64,000 nucleotides of DNA from Giardia intestinalis. Taxonomy: Eukaryota. Shown piece after piece: positions 36,617-47,600 of this stretch (position 1 is its first letter; every line of letters starts with the position of its first letter). Below the pieces are notes generated by a model, which was given only the letters and a program-made list of their open reading frames with translations, was not told the DNA's origin and ran no database searches. A program made the translations under genes and the position numbers. Location: assembly GCA_000002435.2 (NCBI GenBank), contig CM018789.1; one strand, written 5' to 3'.

Positions 36617-38467
36617 CTAGAGTACTGAGGCAAAGTCTAGGATATTGATGACCAGGGACTCTGTGCATATCCCGATAGCGACAATCAAAATAGAATAGAA
36701 GATGCCTCGCCGAAAGGGGGTCATCTTCATTAGCAGACGTTGGCGGGTCTCTTCCGTCTGCTTGGACAGCTCCAGTTCTACTTGATCATCTATAGGTGCC
36801 ATGCACTCAATTGGTTGAAGCAGCTCGTTGCGCTTCAGCACAGATACCGGCGCCAGGAGTGGGACAGTGTCACTCTCCTCGGTGGTTCCGTCACAGGACG
36901 TCTGTTGATGCGTAGCAGAGACAAAGTGGAGCGAGTACTCTTTGTGCCGATGATAGCTTGATGATGAGGCATGAAGTCCCGCAGTATGTACAAAGCTCGG
37001 GGCTCGACTTCGGGACCCAGCCTTTTGTTGAGGCGGGGCTACCTCACAGTGTTGCACCCCAAGGAAGGCCGTTGTGGTCACATCTCGAATGTCGTCAACG
37101 TCTGTTTGCGGTTGTAACAGGATGTTTAGTCGGTCAATAATCGGAGACCGAGCCTTAAGCTTGGGGAGCTTGTGCCACAAAAGGATAGGAACAACAAAGT
37201 ATATGAGGACCCCGCATATAGATCCGAAAAGCCCAAATATGGAGGCTATATTATCGTAGAGTGCAGCCAGAGCAAATGCTAAAAGTGCAAATGCAACAGA
37301 AAAGCCAGCATAAGCCAGGTAATTCAAGAACTTGCGTTTTGGATTCAGCTGGCAATATGCGATAAGGGAGACTTTGAGGGGGTATTGAATGAGAGGATAC
37401 GCAATGCAGACCATAAGGCCGTATGCAATCCCGACAATAGTCAAATAAATATCCTTTCCGCAAACCTTAAACGAGTAGAGGATGTTGGTGGAGACGTCGT
37501 GTCCGTAGAGTAGAGCGCCAAAGCAGCCCATCAACATGTACATTAAAAAGCAGAAAGCGTAGGCGTAATAAATGGATCTGCGGATAGAGCGTAGCCGCTG
37601 ATCATTGGACCCATGAAGTTCGTAGAGGATTGGTGGAGCGCCCGCATGAATGCTGAAGCTCCCCATCAGCATAGGAATGTAAGATATGCCAAAGATGGCT
37701 CCCATAACCGGTGCAGAGATGTGTGCTGACCCCACCAGCTGTTCCCTAGGCCATAGTGGCGGCTGTGGACGTACTCCTGGTACATACTCAATATTCTGAA
37801 ATAGGCAGATTTGGCCATGTCGCAAAAACGAAGCAATGTAGTACAAAATAACAGAGAAGACTGTTAGTATAATGAGCCCTAGCCCAGCAGATGCTATTGT
37901 CCCTAGGACTTTGACATTTCTTAATAGTGAAAGAGGAAACATGACCCCAAAGGTAAGTCCTGCCTTCAGTACCAAATAAGGATCAAATGAAAGGCCTTCT
38001 AAAGAAGATGGAAAGAATGTTGTTAGGAGTGTATGAAAGCTTTGCGCAGAGATGATAATGTAAGAGACTAAGAAGCCATAGTTGTTCAAAATCAGAGCTG
38101 CATCAATACATACTGCAAGCCGAGGTCCAAGGACCTTCCGCGTCACTTGCTTGAAGGTTTGCGCATTGGTATAGTAGCAGGCATTGACAACCTGGAGCAT
38201 CAAGACAAGTGCAATGATAAGGACAAGGGTTATTACAATTGTCGACAAAACCAGGCCTAGACGGACAGAGACATATGGAATAGACAGAAGTGAACCACCA
38301 ATCATCTGAGTAATAAATGTGAAACCGTTGGTACGGACTGCGCGCCGCGGAGCCTCAACCGCTGGAAGCTCTATGGCAGGAATATCATCAGAGGGATACC
38401 CATCATCCAAAACTGTATCTGTAGTACAGGACACAGTACCTTGGTTGAGGCCCTCCGAGCCAATCAT
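36617..38467 (-). CDS. Amino-acid transporter, AAAP / Aa_trans (SLC36/38-like) family
   Basis: Around 10-11 predicted hydrophobic helices. N-terminal conserved FITQMIGGSLLSIPY-type motif. Convergent with APRT, with a 6-bp gap. Confidence 0.8.
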   Translation of the reverse strand: MIGSEGLNQGTVSCTTDTVLDDGYPSDDIPAIELPAVEAPRRAVRTNGFTFITQMIGGSLLSIPYVSVRLGLVLSTIVITLVLIIALVLMLQVVNACYYTNAQTFKQVTRKVLGPRLAVCIDAALILNNYGFLVSYIIISAQSFHTLLTTFFPSSLEGLSFDPYLVLKAGLTFGVMFPLSLLRNVKVLGTIASAGLGLIILTVFSVILYYIASFLRHGQICLFQNIEYVPGVRPQPPLWPREQLVGSAHISAPVMGAIFGISYIPMLMGSFSIHAGAPPILYELHGSNDQRLRSIRRSIYYAYAFCFLMYMLMGCFGALLYGHDVSTNILYSFKVCGKDIYLTIVGIAYGLMVCIAYPLIQYPLKVSLIAYCQLNPKRKFLNYLAYAGFSVAFALLAFALAALYDNIASIFGLFGSICGVLIYFVVPILLWHKLPKLKARSPIIDRLNILLQPQTDVDDIRDVTTTAFLGVQHCEVAPPQQKAGSRSRAPSFVHTAGLHASSSSYHRHKEYSLHFVSATHQQTSCDGTTEESDTVPLLAPVSVLKRNELLQPIECMAPIDDQVELELSKQTEETRQRLLMKMTPFRRGIFYSILIVAIGICTESLVINILDFASVL

Positions 38468-38494
38468 TTTAATCGGTTAATTATTTACCTCACC

Positions 38495-40066
38495 CTATTC
38501 AAAGACAGCACTCCCCAAAAGCTCTTTGTACCAGTCGTCACTGAAAACGCGGCAGTTCTCCCCAACACAAAGGAGCTGTTCGCGTTTGAGAAGCTCGGCA
38601 CAATCCCTATGACCCAGATGGTCTGCCAGATCACAAGCACGCATAGAGCTCTTTGTCATTATACCCATCTCCAGTCGCAGCAGGCTAACACACTCTACAT
38701 GATTCTCACGCACAGCATACATGAGGGCTGTCCATCCCTTCATTGAAACAACCCCTGCCTCCCTTATGAGCTTCCTCACACATTCAGCGTGACCCATGGA
38801 AGCCGCGATCATTAGGGCAGTCATGCCGTGCATCCCATATACGCAATTAGCTTCGGCGTCCAAGTATTCGTCTATATATGCGGGCTTATTCAAAAGGGCT
38901 ATCTTCATGAGATTGGTATAAGTAGACACACGCCTAATGTGAGGTCGTGGTCCTAGTTGCAAACATGCCCCTACCGTATCCAGGTATTTCACGAGGATTT
39001 CAATATATTCCATATTGCCCTTTTGGATTGCAAGATCCAGAGCAGAGTGGTTACACACATCTCGCTCTGTCAGAAGCTCACTAAGGTGTTCATGAATTCC
39101 GTCTATCATGTCTGCATTGATGGATGAAATCAAGGTAGGAGACTCGGCCAAAGAAGGCGAGCTCGATGCTATTTCCTCGGTTGTTTTCTCAATAAAAAGA
39201 AGTGCGTCTGCAGACGATATCCGAACAGGAGCGTTAATATTCAAACACTGCTCAATAAAGCTCCGTAATCTATCTGTAAAGTCTTTCTCTCCCGAGAAGG
39301 ATAAATGAGCCAATAAATGGTTATCTACTGATACCTTTTCAGGTCTACCCCTCAGTAAGGCTAGTGCAATGATGCCTAGAGCCCATGTATCTCCTTTGGG
39401 ATTGAAATCTTTCCCCAGCGCGGCCTCTGGAGCCAGAAAAGCAGATGTGGAGAGAATGGTTTGTTGGTCACGCAGCTGATCAATAAAGGAATTCATGCCA
39501 TAGTCAAGCAGTACCGCATTGCCGTCACAAAACCCCACATTTTCTAACTTTAGATCCCCGTGGATATAACCATTGAATGGAGCTCTCTTTCTCGCAGCAT
39601 TGGGAGAGGGTAGCTCGGTAGTCCGTACCTTCGAATGTAAATACAGTAATCCCCTGCAAATGTCATAGAGAACTTTCCAAACCTCTCCCTCGGTGAACGA
39701 GGTCCCCGCTCTTCGGTGATCACTGAGTTTGCTTAGCAGCGTGCTTTCACAACGAGGCGTTTCAATGTAGAAGGCTCGGATGTCAGGATTGTATTCATAA
39801 TGATTAATCGCAATAAGATTGGGGGCTGAGAGCTTTGCAAGCTCTTCAAGCTCTTTCTTCAGCAAACCTATTTTGGCGTCCGTGCAGAAGTGGACGTCGA
39901 TCTCCTTTATGCACACAGACACTCCATCTCTTTTTCTGATGGCTGTGCTTACCGTTCCAAATGTTCCTGTGCCCAGGTACTGTATTTGCTCATAGCTACT
40001 TGCTAGTAACGCTGGAAAGACCTCAGGTGCATAGTCAATGGCGGCGTTCGTGCTAGAATTTGGCAT
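38495..40066 (-). CDS. Kinase-like protein, NEK-like (tentative), with C-terminal ankyrin repeats; predicted catalytically inactive (pseudokinase)
   Basis: Glycine loop GTGTFGTV and VCIKEI are present. The catalytic loop is HGDLKLEN (not HRDLKPEN) and DFG is replaced by DYG. C-terminal ANK units (MTALMIAASMGHAECVRKLI; WTALMYAVRENHVECVSLL). Start set at MPNSST (40066). Confidence 0.75.
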   Translation of the reverse strand: MPNSSTNAAIDYAPEVFPALLASSYEQIQYLGTGTFGTVSTAIRKRDGVSVCIKEIDVHFCTDAKIGLLKKELEELAKLSAPNLIAINHYEYNPDIRAFYIETPRCESTLLSKLSDHRRAGTSFTEGEVWKVLYDICRGLLYLHSKVRTTELPSPNAARKRAPFNGYIHGDLKLENVGFCDGNAVLLDYGMNSFIDQLRDQQTILSTSAFLAPEAALGKDFNPKGDTWALGIIALALLRGRPEKVSVDNHLLAHLSFSGEKDFTDRLRSFIEQCLNINAPVRISSADALLFIEKTTEEIASSSPSLAESPTLISSINADMIDGIHEHLSELLTERDVCNHSALDLAIQKGNMEYIEILVKYLDTVGACLQLGPRPHIRRVSTYTNLMKIALLNKPAYIDEYLDAEANCVYGMHGMTALMIAASMGHAECVRKLIREAGVVSMKGWTALMYAVRENHVECVSLLRLEMGIMTKSSMRACDLADHLGHRDCAELLKREQLLCVGENCRVFSDDWYKELLGSAVFE

Positions 40067-40095
40067 TTTTAAAGAGAGGTTTTTTGAAGAATACA
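40067..40095. promoter_or_regulatory. 29-bp divergent region shared by the NEK-like gene and the RPC5 gene
   Basis: ttttaaagagaggttttttgaagaataca lies between the start codons at 40066(-) and 40096(+). Confidence 0.5.
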
Positions 40096-41634
40096 ATGGA
40101 CTTAACGGAGAAGGACGATTGTCCAGAAGGCACCGACTCAATAGTTGAGGAGCTGGACGTCTTTCTCTCCCAGGAGTATGCCAATAATCTTTATATTCTG
40201 CAGTATCCACTACGGCCCACGTGGAGGCTCTATAACTGGAGCAGCATGAGTAGCGTCACATTCCATCCGTCCATTAATCACGTAGAGATGCAGCTACCCT
40301 TACAGTCTGGTCAAGACGACGCTCCAGACTATTCTAGTATAGATGAACTGGAGGGCAAAGACGCCTATCTGACCCTTAGTGGCGTGCCAGTGAATGAGCA
40401 CGGGCCCTATGCTGTAGGGGCCATCCAGACATACGAAGGTGCGAGAATTCTGGTGCTCCACCCGGTGGTAGCACACCTAATGGTTGCTGCTCACCAGAAA
40501 TCGCTGGACGAACCATCGGATATGCACCCACCTCAACCTAATTCTGGAGATGAAATGATGAATCCGAGGGCCATAAATGATGTGGGAACTCTTTCATACA
40601 CACAGGGTGTCACGCTGCGGCACTTTGACCAGACGAGCATCTCATCCAGGGAGCTATTTGCAAAGCTTCATGACACTGAGCATCTGTATATCCAAAACTC
40701 TAATCACTCTATCACAAACCCAGTTTACAGTAAAGCTCCCCGTTTGGTCTCCTACACCGTCGATAGAAATAAATACATCAACTCATTCTCAATTGTAGAA
40801 ATTCAGGAGCGGGAACGAGCAATCCAGTTGGTAGATAAGCTCAAGACCATCCTCGACCCTAAGAGGCGCATGGACTACTGCATCCGCGAATTTCGTATTG
40901 TCAGCTTCAAGAGCCTGCGTCAGGTTGCCCAGATACCGGGAAGAGAACCTCCTTCTCATGAGCTTATCTATAACACATTAGTCTCTAGGACTGTTTTTAT
41001 CCACGGCTGGTTTGCAATCAAAAGCGAATTTGTGGTCACAGGCTCTCTCGTACCGTTTCTTGACTACTTGCTGTTACTTCTAGGGCTCAATACAACGGGT
41101 CTATCTGATGAAAACTCCCTTTTACATGTGATCATGCAACTAAAGAAGACGATTTCTGACATGCAAGAGCAGAACAAAGCATACCTGGGCCTTTTAAGCA
41201 GCATAGAGAAGCAGCAGGAACAGATTGGACGCCAGGTTCTCCAAGCATGTATGAAAGATGAAGTCAAGATGTGTAAGATTTCCCGGAAGGCATTTACTAA
41301 AGAGACAGGCCTCCCAGCGAACAATATCCTCCTTATGTTTCGAGAGACAGGACTCTTGATCCCTGACAAGGAAAGCTCCGACAACGATACATGGACGTTC
41401 AAGAAGGAGAAGCAAAAGGATTTGGGCGATCTCCCTGTTTCTGATGCAGAGCGCGAGGTTGCCAAATGGATTGATGCTACCCCTACGATTATCAATGCAA
41501 TGAACTGTGCACGAAAAATGAATAAGCTGCGAAAAATGCAAGATCAGGGGCTCGTGCGGGACACGTTGACAGATGTGAGCGAGCTTCCCAAGGATGTACT
41601 GGAGCAGCTTTACCAGAAGTACCACATAGAATAA
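40096..41634 (+). CDS. RPC5: DNA-directed RNA polymerase III subunit RPC5 (C37, Sin_N family)
   Basis: N-terminus DSIVEELDVFLSQEYANNLYILQYPLRP matches human POLR3E DPVVQEIDVYLAKSLAEKLYLFQYPVRP. Start set at MDLTEK (track start 40060). Confidence 0.8.
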   Translation: MDLTEKDDCPEGTDSIVEELDVFLSQEYANNLYILQYPLRPTWRLYNWSSMSSVTFHPSINHVEMQLPLQSGQDDAPDYSSIDELEGKDAYLTLSGVPVNEHGPYAVGAIQTYEGARILVLHPVVAHLMVAAHQKSLDEPSDMHPPQPNSGDEMMNPRAINDVGTLSYTQGVTLRHFDQTSISSRELFAKLHDTEHLYIQNSNHSITNPVYSKAPRLVSYTVDRNKYINSFSIVEIQERERAIQLVDKLKTILDPKRRMDYCIREFRIVSFKSLRQVAQIPGREPPSHELIYNTLVSRTVFIHGWFAIKSEFVVTGSLVPFLDYLLLLLGLNTTGLSDENSLLHVIMQLKKTISDMQEQNKAYLGLLSSIEKQQEQIGRQVLQACMKDEVKMCKISRKAFTKETGLPANNILLMFRETGLLIPDKESSDNDTWTFKKEKQKDLGDLPVSDAEREVAKWIDATPTIINAMNCARKMNKLRKMQDQGLVRDTLTDVSELPKDVLEQLYQKYHIE

Positions 41635-41681
41635 GCTTAGCTGTTTGTAAATTCTTGAATGAAACAATGGAAATTTAAAAT

Positions 41682-44600
41682 ATGGACCTTCCTGAAACGG
41701 CAAGAAGCGCCATTGACAGAGATGCAACACAAGGTGCTCGCCAGCTAGCAGAGCACACTGAAAAGATCACTAGGTCCGCACGGGCTGATAATAAATTAGC
41801 CTTTTCCAAGCACTATGTTCCTCAGTCAAAACGTCCGATTGTGAAGCCACGACAGGCATCTGGAACGACTCTTAAAGTTCCTATGCTGCTAAGTGGGCTG
41901 AGCGCTAGCCATCAAGAGCACGACGTTTCCCAAAAGTCCAGTCGCTTGATAACGACTGATCGACTTCACCCTACATCAGAGCTAGCAAAGATTTACCAAG
42001 ATGGCACCGTTGGTGGAACAGATGCTAAGTGGCGTGATGTGGAGCTCAAGGGCTACGAGCCGGGACCACCAGTACGCTATATGTCTGCAGCTCAGCGCAC
42101 CTCTGCGACTCTTAGACTGGGTTCAAGCGGGCGCCCACCCTCTGGTTCAAAGCGCAATGATATTAGAGCCGTTGGGCAGCTTACCTATGAAGAGACAGAA
42201 GCAGGCATTACCATGGACCCAGCCAAAAGCTTTCTAAGTGGCTTTGATGATAGTCAAATGGTAGATGAAATTCTCACTGAGCGAAATCTGGCCGGAACCC
42301 CTGGTTCAGCAACCCCACGCTCTAATAGGTCTGGCTCCCGACCTTCCTCTGGTGCACCGACAATGTCAGAGAAGATTGGGCGCTTGATGAGGCCGCGAAC
42401 AGCAGTACTTGATCTTGACCTCCCGAGAATGGAGCACTTTCGGCCAGATGCACGTGTGGACGCCGTTGTTCAGGCCCTTTCTGATTTCTCAAAAGATTAT
42501 CCAGTGTACCAGACTGAGGAAAGCTACAACATCATTCTTAAGAGCATTAGTCGAGACTTGTATAGCTACAAGCTTCTAGCGAGAGGTATCATTCCTCCGG
42601 ATATCAGAGAAGAAGGAAGCACAGAGAAGGAACTCATTCAGTCTATCCAGTCTTTCAGGAGTATGCTTTTGAAGGATGAAAACGATGGCTTCCTTCCACT
42701 AGAGTTTTTCGACGCAGAAGAGATCTATGATAACCATTCTCCGACTGAGTGGCTCACGATGCATCAGCGTACATTTAAGCTACCTGACGAACAGCGGCTC
42801 AAGGGAACACCGGCACGATCTCGCTATGTAACCACGGTTGGCGGGCAGACTGTTTTTCTATTAGAGCCCGTGGTCGTGCAGAATTACGATGAAGAGACTA
42901 GATGCTTCGGCGTTCAATGGTTACCTAAAGGGTCAGTAATGCTTCCTAGAGAAGAAGATGACTTGTTGTGTAGACACATCTTTTGCCTTAGAACTATAGA
43001 TGCAAATAATATCCACAGACTTGACTACACAAAAGATTCAGTAACCTTTACCGATTGTCACACGGTGACTGTCGGGGTGACCAAGAATGTCAAGCGGCTG
43101 AACCTGCTTTTCGACGACGAAGATGAGAGAATTTGGTGGCAACGAAGATGGGCTGCCCACATGCTTCGCCGGAAAATTGAAGCAGTGTCTAAGCTTGGGC
43201 TTTTTCTTAAGATCTACATGGAGAGGGCTCTGAAGTTTAAGACTATGCGCACCGAGCTCAGCTGTTATGCGCCCACTCATATTCCTCCCGATTTTGAAGC
43301 AACTCCGCTTCTCGAGATACTCTCAGACGTTTCGGGTCCAACTTCTGAAATAATAGACAACATATTTCATAAGTACTGCTTAAGCAATCCCTTATTTGTG
43401 AGCTTCTTCCTCAGTCATTTATCAAAGGCGGATTACTCTAAGGCACTGACTCGTGCAGAGCAGTTGGTGCCAGACGTCACAGCCAATATTATCGAGTCCA
43501 ACATGTTAGCAAGCATCGACTACCTTCGCCGCTCTGCACGGTTTGATTCTAGTATCCAAACAATCGGATTATGCGCGCCATTCTTCATAACTGAAGGCGA
43601 TAAGTTCAAGCTCCTTACACAGAAGCGCTTCATAGCCACCCTTTCGGGCGAGTTTCTCCCTTCCCAGCCAGTAACAAGTATTCTGCGCTATCTGAAACGT
43701 CGTTGCCGTCAGGAACGCCGCCTTTTCTCGGTATGTGCTGGCTATAACAAGGCCTACAGACTCCTTCAAGAGGAGTGTCTCTCACTTCAGTGTATGGAAG
43801 GGCTCCTGCTTTTCAATGTTGCTGGGGTTGCTCCGTTTATTGCCCAGGATCAGATTTGCGTTATCAAGTCGGGCATAGGAGGTGGAATCCAAGCAGATAA
43901 GGAGTCTTATCGAATAAAGCTCATAGTAGAAGATGATGAGACAAAGCCCAAGCCAAAGCAATCTGGAAAACAGAAGGTATCATCTGGAAAACGAAAACTA
44001 GCTGTAGCAACAGATCAAGATGAGATAGCCAGTGATGTAGAGAATGCAGACAAAAATGCCGAAGAAAAAAGTGACGACAGTACAGATGACATGACAAACA
44101 TCCCATTCTATGCCGCACCTCTTTCAGTGGCCAAAAATACGTTGGATCTGGGTGTCGTCTCTCCAGGCTGTCCATTTCTTCTTGATCGTTTCGTACTTAT
44201 GTCCAGGTGTCATAGAGCACGCATGATTAGCTATCTTCGTGATACTTTGCACGTTGATCTTTCAGCGTCAATTCTTTTGGCGTTGAACGAGGTTGGGATA
44301 GATGTTTATATTCCAAATAGGTTGCTGAAAGAATACATTGACTACGAGTCGCAGATTCATGGCTACGAGCTTTATATGGAGTTATACGGAGATCGCTACC
44401 TGTTTGACAACGCCATGGAGCCTGTTCAGATGCTTATGCTAACAGGAACTGATCGCAATGATCTACAAGGATCGGCAGCTATGCTGCGGAGTGCTACTGC
44501 CAATGCCTCGCTCTTGGATGTTAAAACTCCTGACGAGGACAAAGCCGTCACAGACCTTTTGCACGTTAATGAAATAGATGAGCTAAGACGCTCCATTATA

Positions 44601-47600
44601 GGATTTGATAGTAAAAGCCTTGCAATCACGATTACAGATCGTTTGAACAAGCTAAGAACTACGAATACACTTGTGGATGACCCTGCTATGTCCGTGGGTG
44701 CCACAACTAAAGATAAGACTACCAAATTAAATCAAAGAATGACGGAGGACAGCGACACATCAAACTTCTCCATGTTTAGCGACATGCGTCCATCCAATAC
44801 TGTTAATAACGAATCAATGAGTCTCAGAAAGGCTTGTCAGAAACACCGGCCTCAACCGCGCTCAGGAACACCGACCGAATATGATAATAGCGTAGCCTTG
44901 AGCTCAAATTTAGAGAACGACATTTTAGATGGCTCTACTCTGGAGCAGCGAGCCTCTGTGTTGGTCACTGACACCCATAATAATAGTGCGAAATACTTGC
45001 TCAACGGAAACCTTTCGGCAAGAGGCCGTGTGCGGGATTCAGCCGATCTCCTGGCGTTTTCGCGGCTCGTTAACATGATGAGATATGATAGTATTATGGA
45101 GGTCAGTAAGAACAGCATTTTCCGCTATATGGATATGTTGCACTTATTCAAAGGATCCAATAGAATCAGCTATAACTCTGTCAAGGAGCATATTACCTCC
45201 ATGTTTAGCAACTTCTCCAAAAAACGCTTCTCTGTTCAAGAGGCCAAAGATATCATAGACAAGGCTGCGCAGCCTATATTTGAGTACGTGCCATCCACTA
45301 TGGTAACTAGCTCCCTCATTCAGCTCTTTATTGACTTTGATGCTGTTGTGCGCGACATTGCACCCCTCGATAAGATGACCACTGGAACGATTCAAACGTT
45401 CACCTCCTTTAGCCTCACAGATTCAAAGCTAGACTCACTGAGCCCATCCAAGACATATCCTGCCTCTGCTATCTCTCAAGGCCTTGACATACCTTTGATT
45501 GATGCAGACTTTGATAACATGCCGACAAGACCTGTTGTGACTATTGATGAATTCATGCAAAACTTGGATATGGCTCCCCAGGCATCCATGACCTCTACAT
45601 CCATGATAACGGAGCAGCAGGAGCATGTGTACTCGAGGCACACCCAGTTTAATGCATACTCTAACTATGTAGAGAATTTGAAGGTTCACTTTAAACGTGC
45701 GCAGTACCCGACGCTTGTTGGCCTAGAATTCTCCATCTTTCCCTCTATCTCCGCAATAGAATCTGCAGTGTATGACAATTATGCTCAAATCATTCAGACA
45801 ACATGTGAGATACCACTGATAGAAACATCCATGCCCTGCTTTGAGGGCGATCCATACTACGCTAAAACTGGCACCCTGCTCGGGCCTGATCCCGTGCATA
45901 GTCCCTGGCTTAAGGAGAAGCACGAGGAGCTGCTTCAGTATCTCCACGAATCGTCCGTCGGGCCGCAGTGCGTCTTGGAGGTGCTTCGGGCCATATATCG
46001 CCAGCTGTTCCTCGTGGACCATACTGATTATATAGATAGAGAAAGCTTTCAGTCATTCTTACAGCAGAACAGTACGTTTAGCGAGATAGACTATTTCGTT
46101 AAGCTAATGCCTCCGTTAGATGAGTTCCATAACGTTGCACTGGTGGAAGAGGACGTTAACAACGAAGAGGATCTCTTCCTTGTTGGCTTTGACGGGTGGG
46201 ACTATGACTTTGTCGATAGCGAGCAGCAGAAGCGTAACTTGAAGGAGGCCGAAAATAAGGAGCGGGCACAGGCTGCAAAAGAAAAGCATCACGATCATGA
46301 GTCTAGCGAGGCAGATGACGCAGATGACGAGAACGATGATCAACACGACGACGCACTGAAGGCACCTACCACTACCGAACATGGAGGGACCGGAGATGCA
46401 AGGGAACAGGCCGTCACCGTTAAGATAAATAACACCTGCTTGTCACTGAGGGACTTACGGAGCTTTCTGCTCAAATACACAGCACTAAAGGAGCTCTTGC
46501 GGAAGTTCCCACCCAAGATAAACTGCGGGCTTTATCAGGTGGATTGCACAAAGATACTCGATATTTTTGTAAAGCGTTGTCAGATGCTGCGTGCCCAGGT
46601 GGCGAGGGTCATTCACTTCCGTGCCATTGGCTACTCCAATCGCTTGATTCAAGAGTGGGACGAGCTGAGGGACAAAATGACCACAGATACTACCACCTCC
46701 ACAGCCATATATGCAGAAATACGCGCATATGTCAATAATATAGAAGCAACAGTCGCTGCCATGCAAAAGCGCCATCAAATTCTAGATAGGTACATGGGTG
46801 TTTTGGACGAATTTAGCATCTCAACATCAGACTTTTATAAGTGTCTTAATCATTATGAGGAGACACTTGTCAAGTTTGCGCTGGAGAAGTCTCAGGGACA
46901 ATACAGCAAGCTGGTTGACAAGTACAAGACACGCGTGGCTTACCTTTATAATACACCAGATAAATATGGGGACAAGGACCTTGCCACATTGTACTGGACA
47001 GTCCGGGCAAAACCAGTGGGAGTCATTAACAGCAAGGAGGGTGCTGAGCGGAGACTCCAGGAAGCATTTGCTATCCTGGCGAAGGTGAAGGACGCAGAGC
47101 GCGCAGATCTAGCAGAGCTCATGGCAAAATATAAGGCAATGACTGTCAGCTTTGCTCAGCGCGCAAATCTCAACGAAGCACCACAGTTTGCCGATGAGCT
47201 AGTCAGCATACAGAACTACCGTGAGAAAATAGACCAGAAGGTGGAGGTTTTCTTACTCGAGGAATCTCAGTTGGGCTTCCAGCCCAGTGAGTTTAAGAAC
47301 TATGAGCTCACAAACGAGGACTTCCAGATCTTTAAAGACCTCTGGACCATAGTATCCTCATTTACACACAATTATCCCATGTGGTTCAGTGGAACGTTTA
47401 TCGACTTGGACCCTCGTCAGATTTCCACCAGTATCAATGAATGGGCAGGGAATCTCCTACGTCTGCAGAAAACGTTAGCCAAGATAGGGCGAACGGCAGG
47501 AACCTACACAAAGATAAAGGACAAGGACAGAGCAGCATGCTGCCAAGATAGCATCTCCATCACCGTCGAGATTATTGCGAAGCTAGACGAATTTCGAGGC

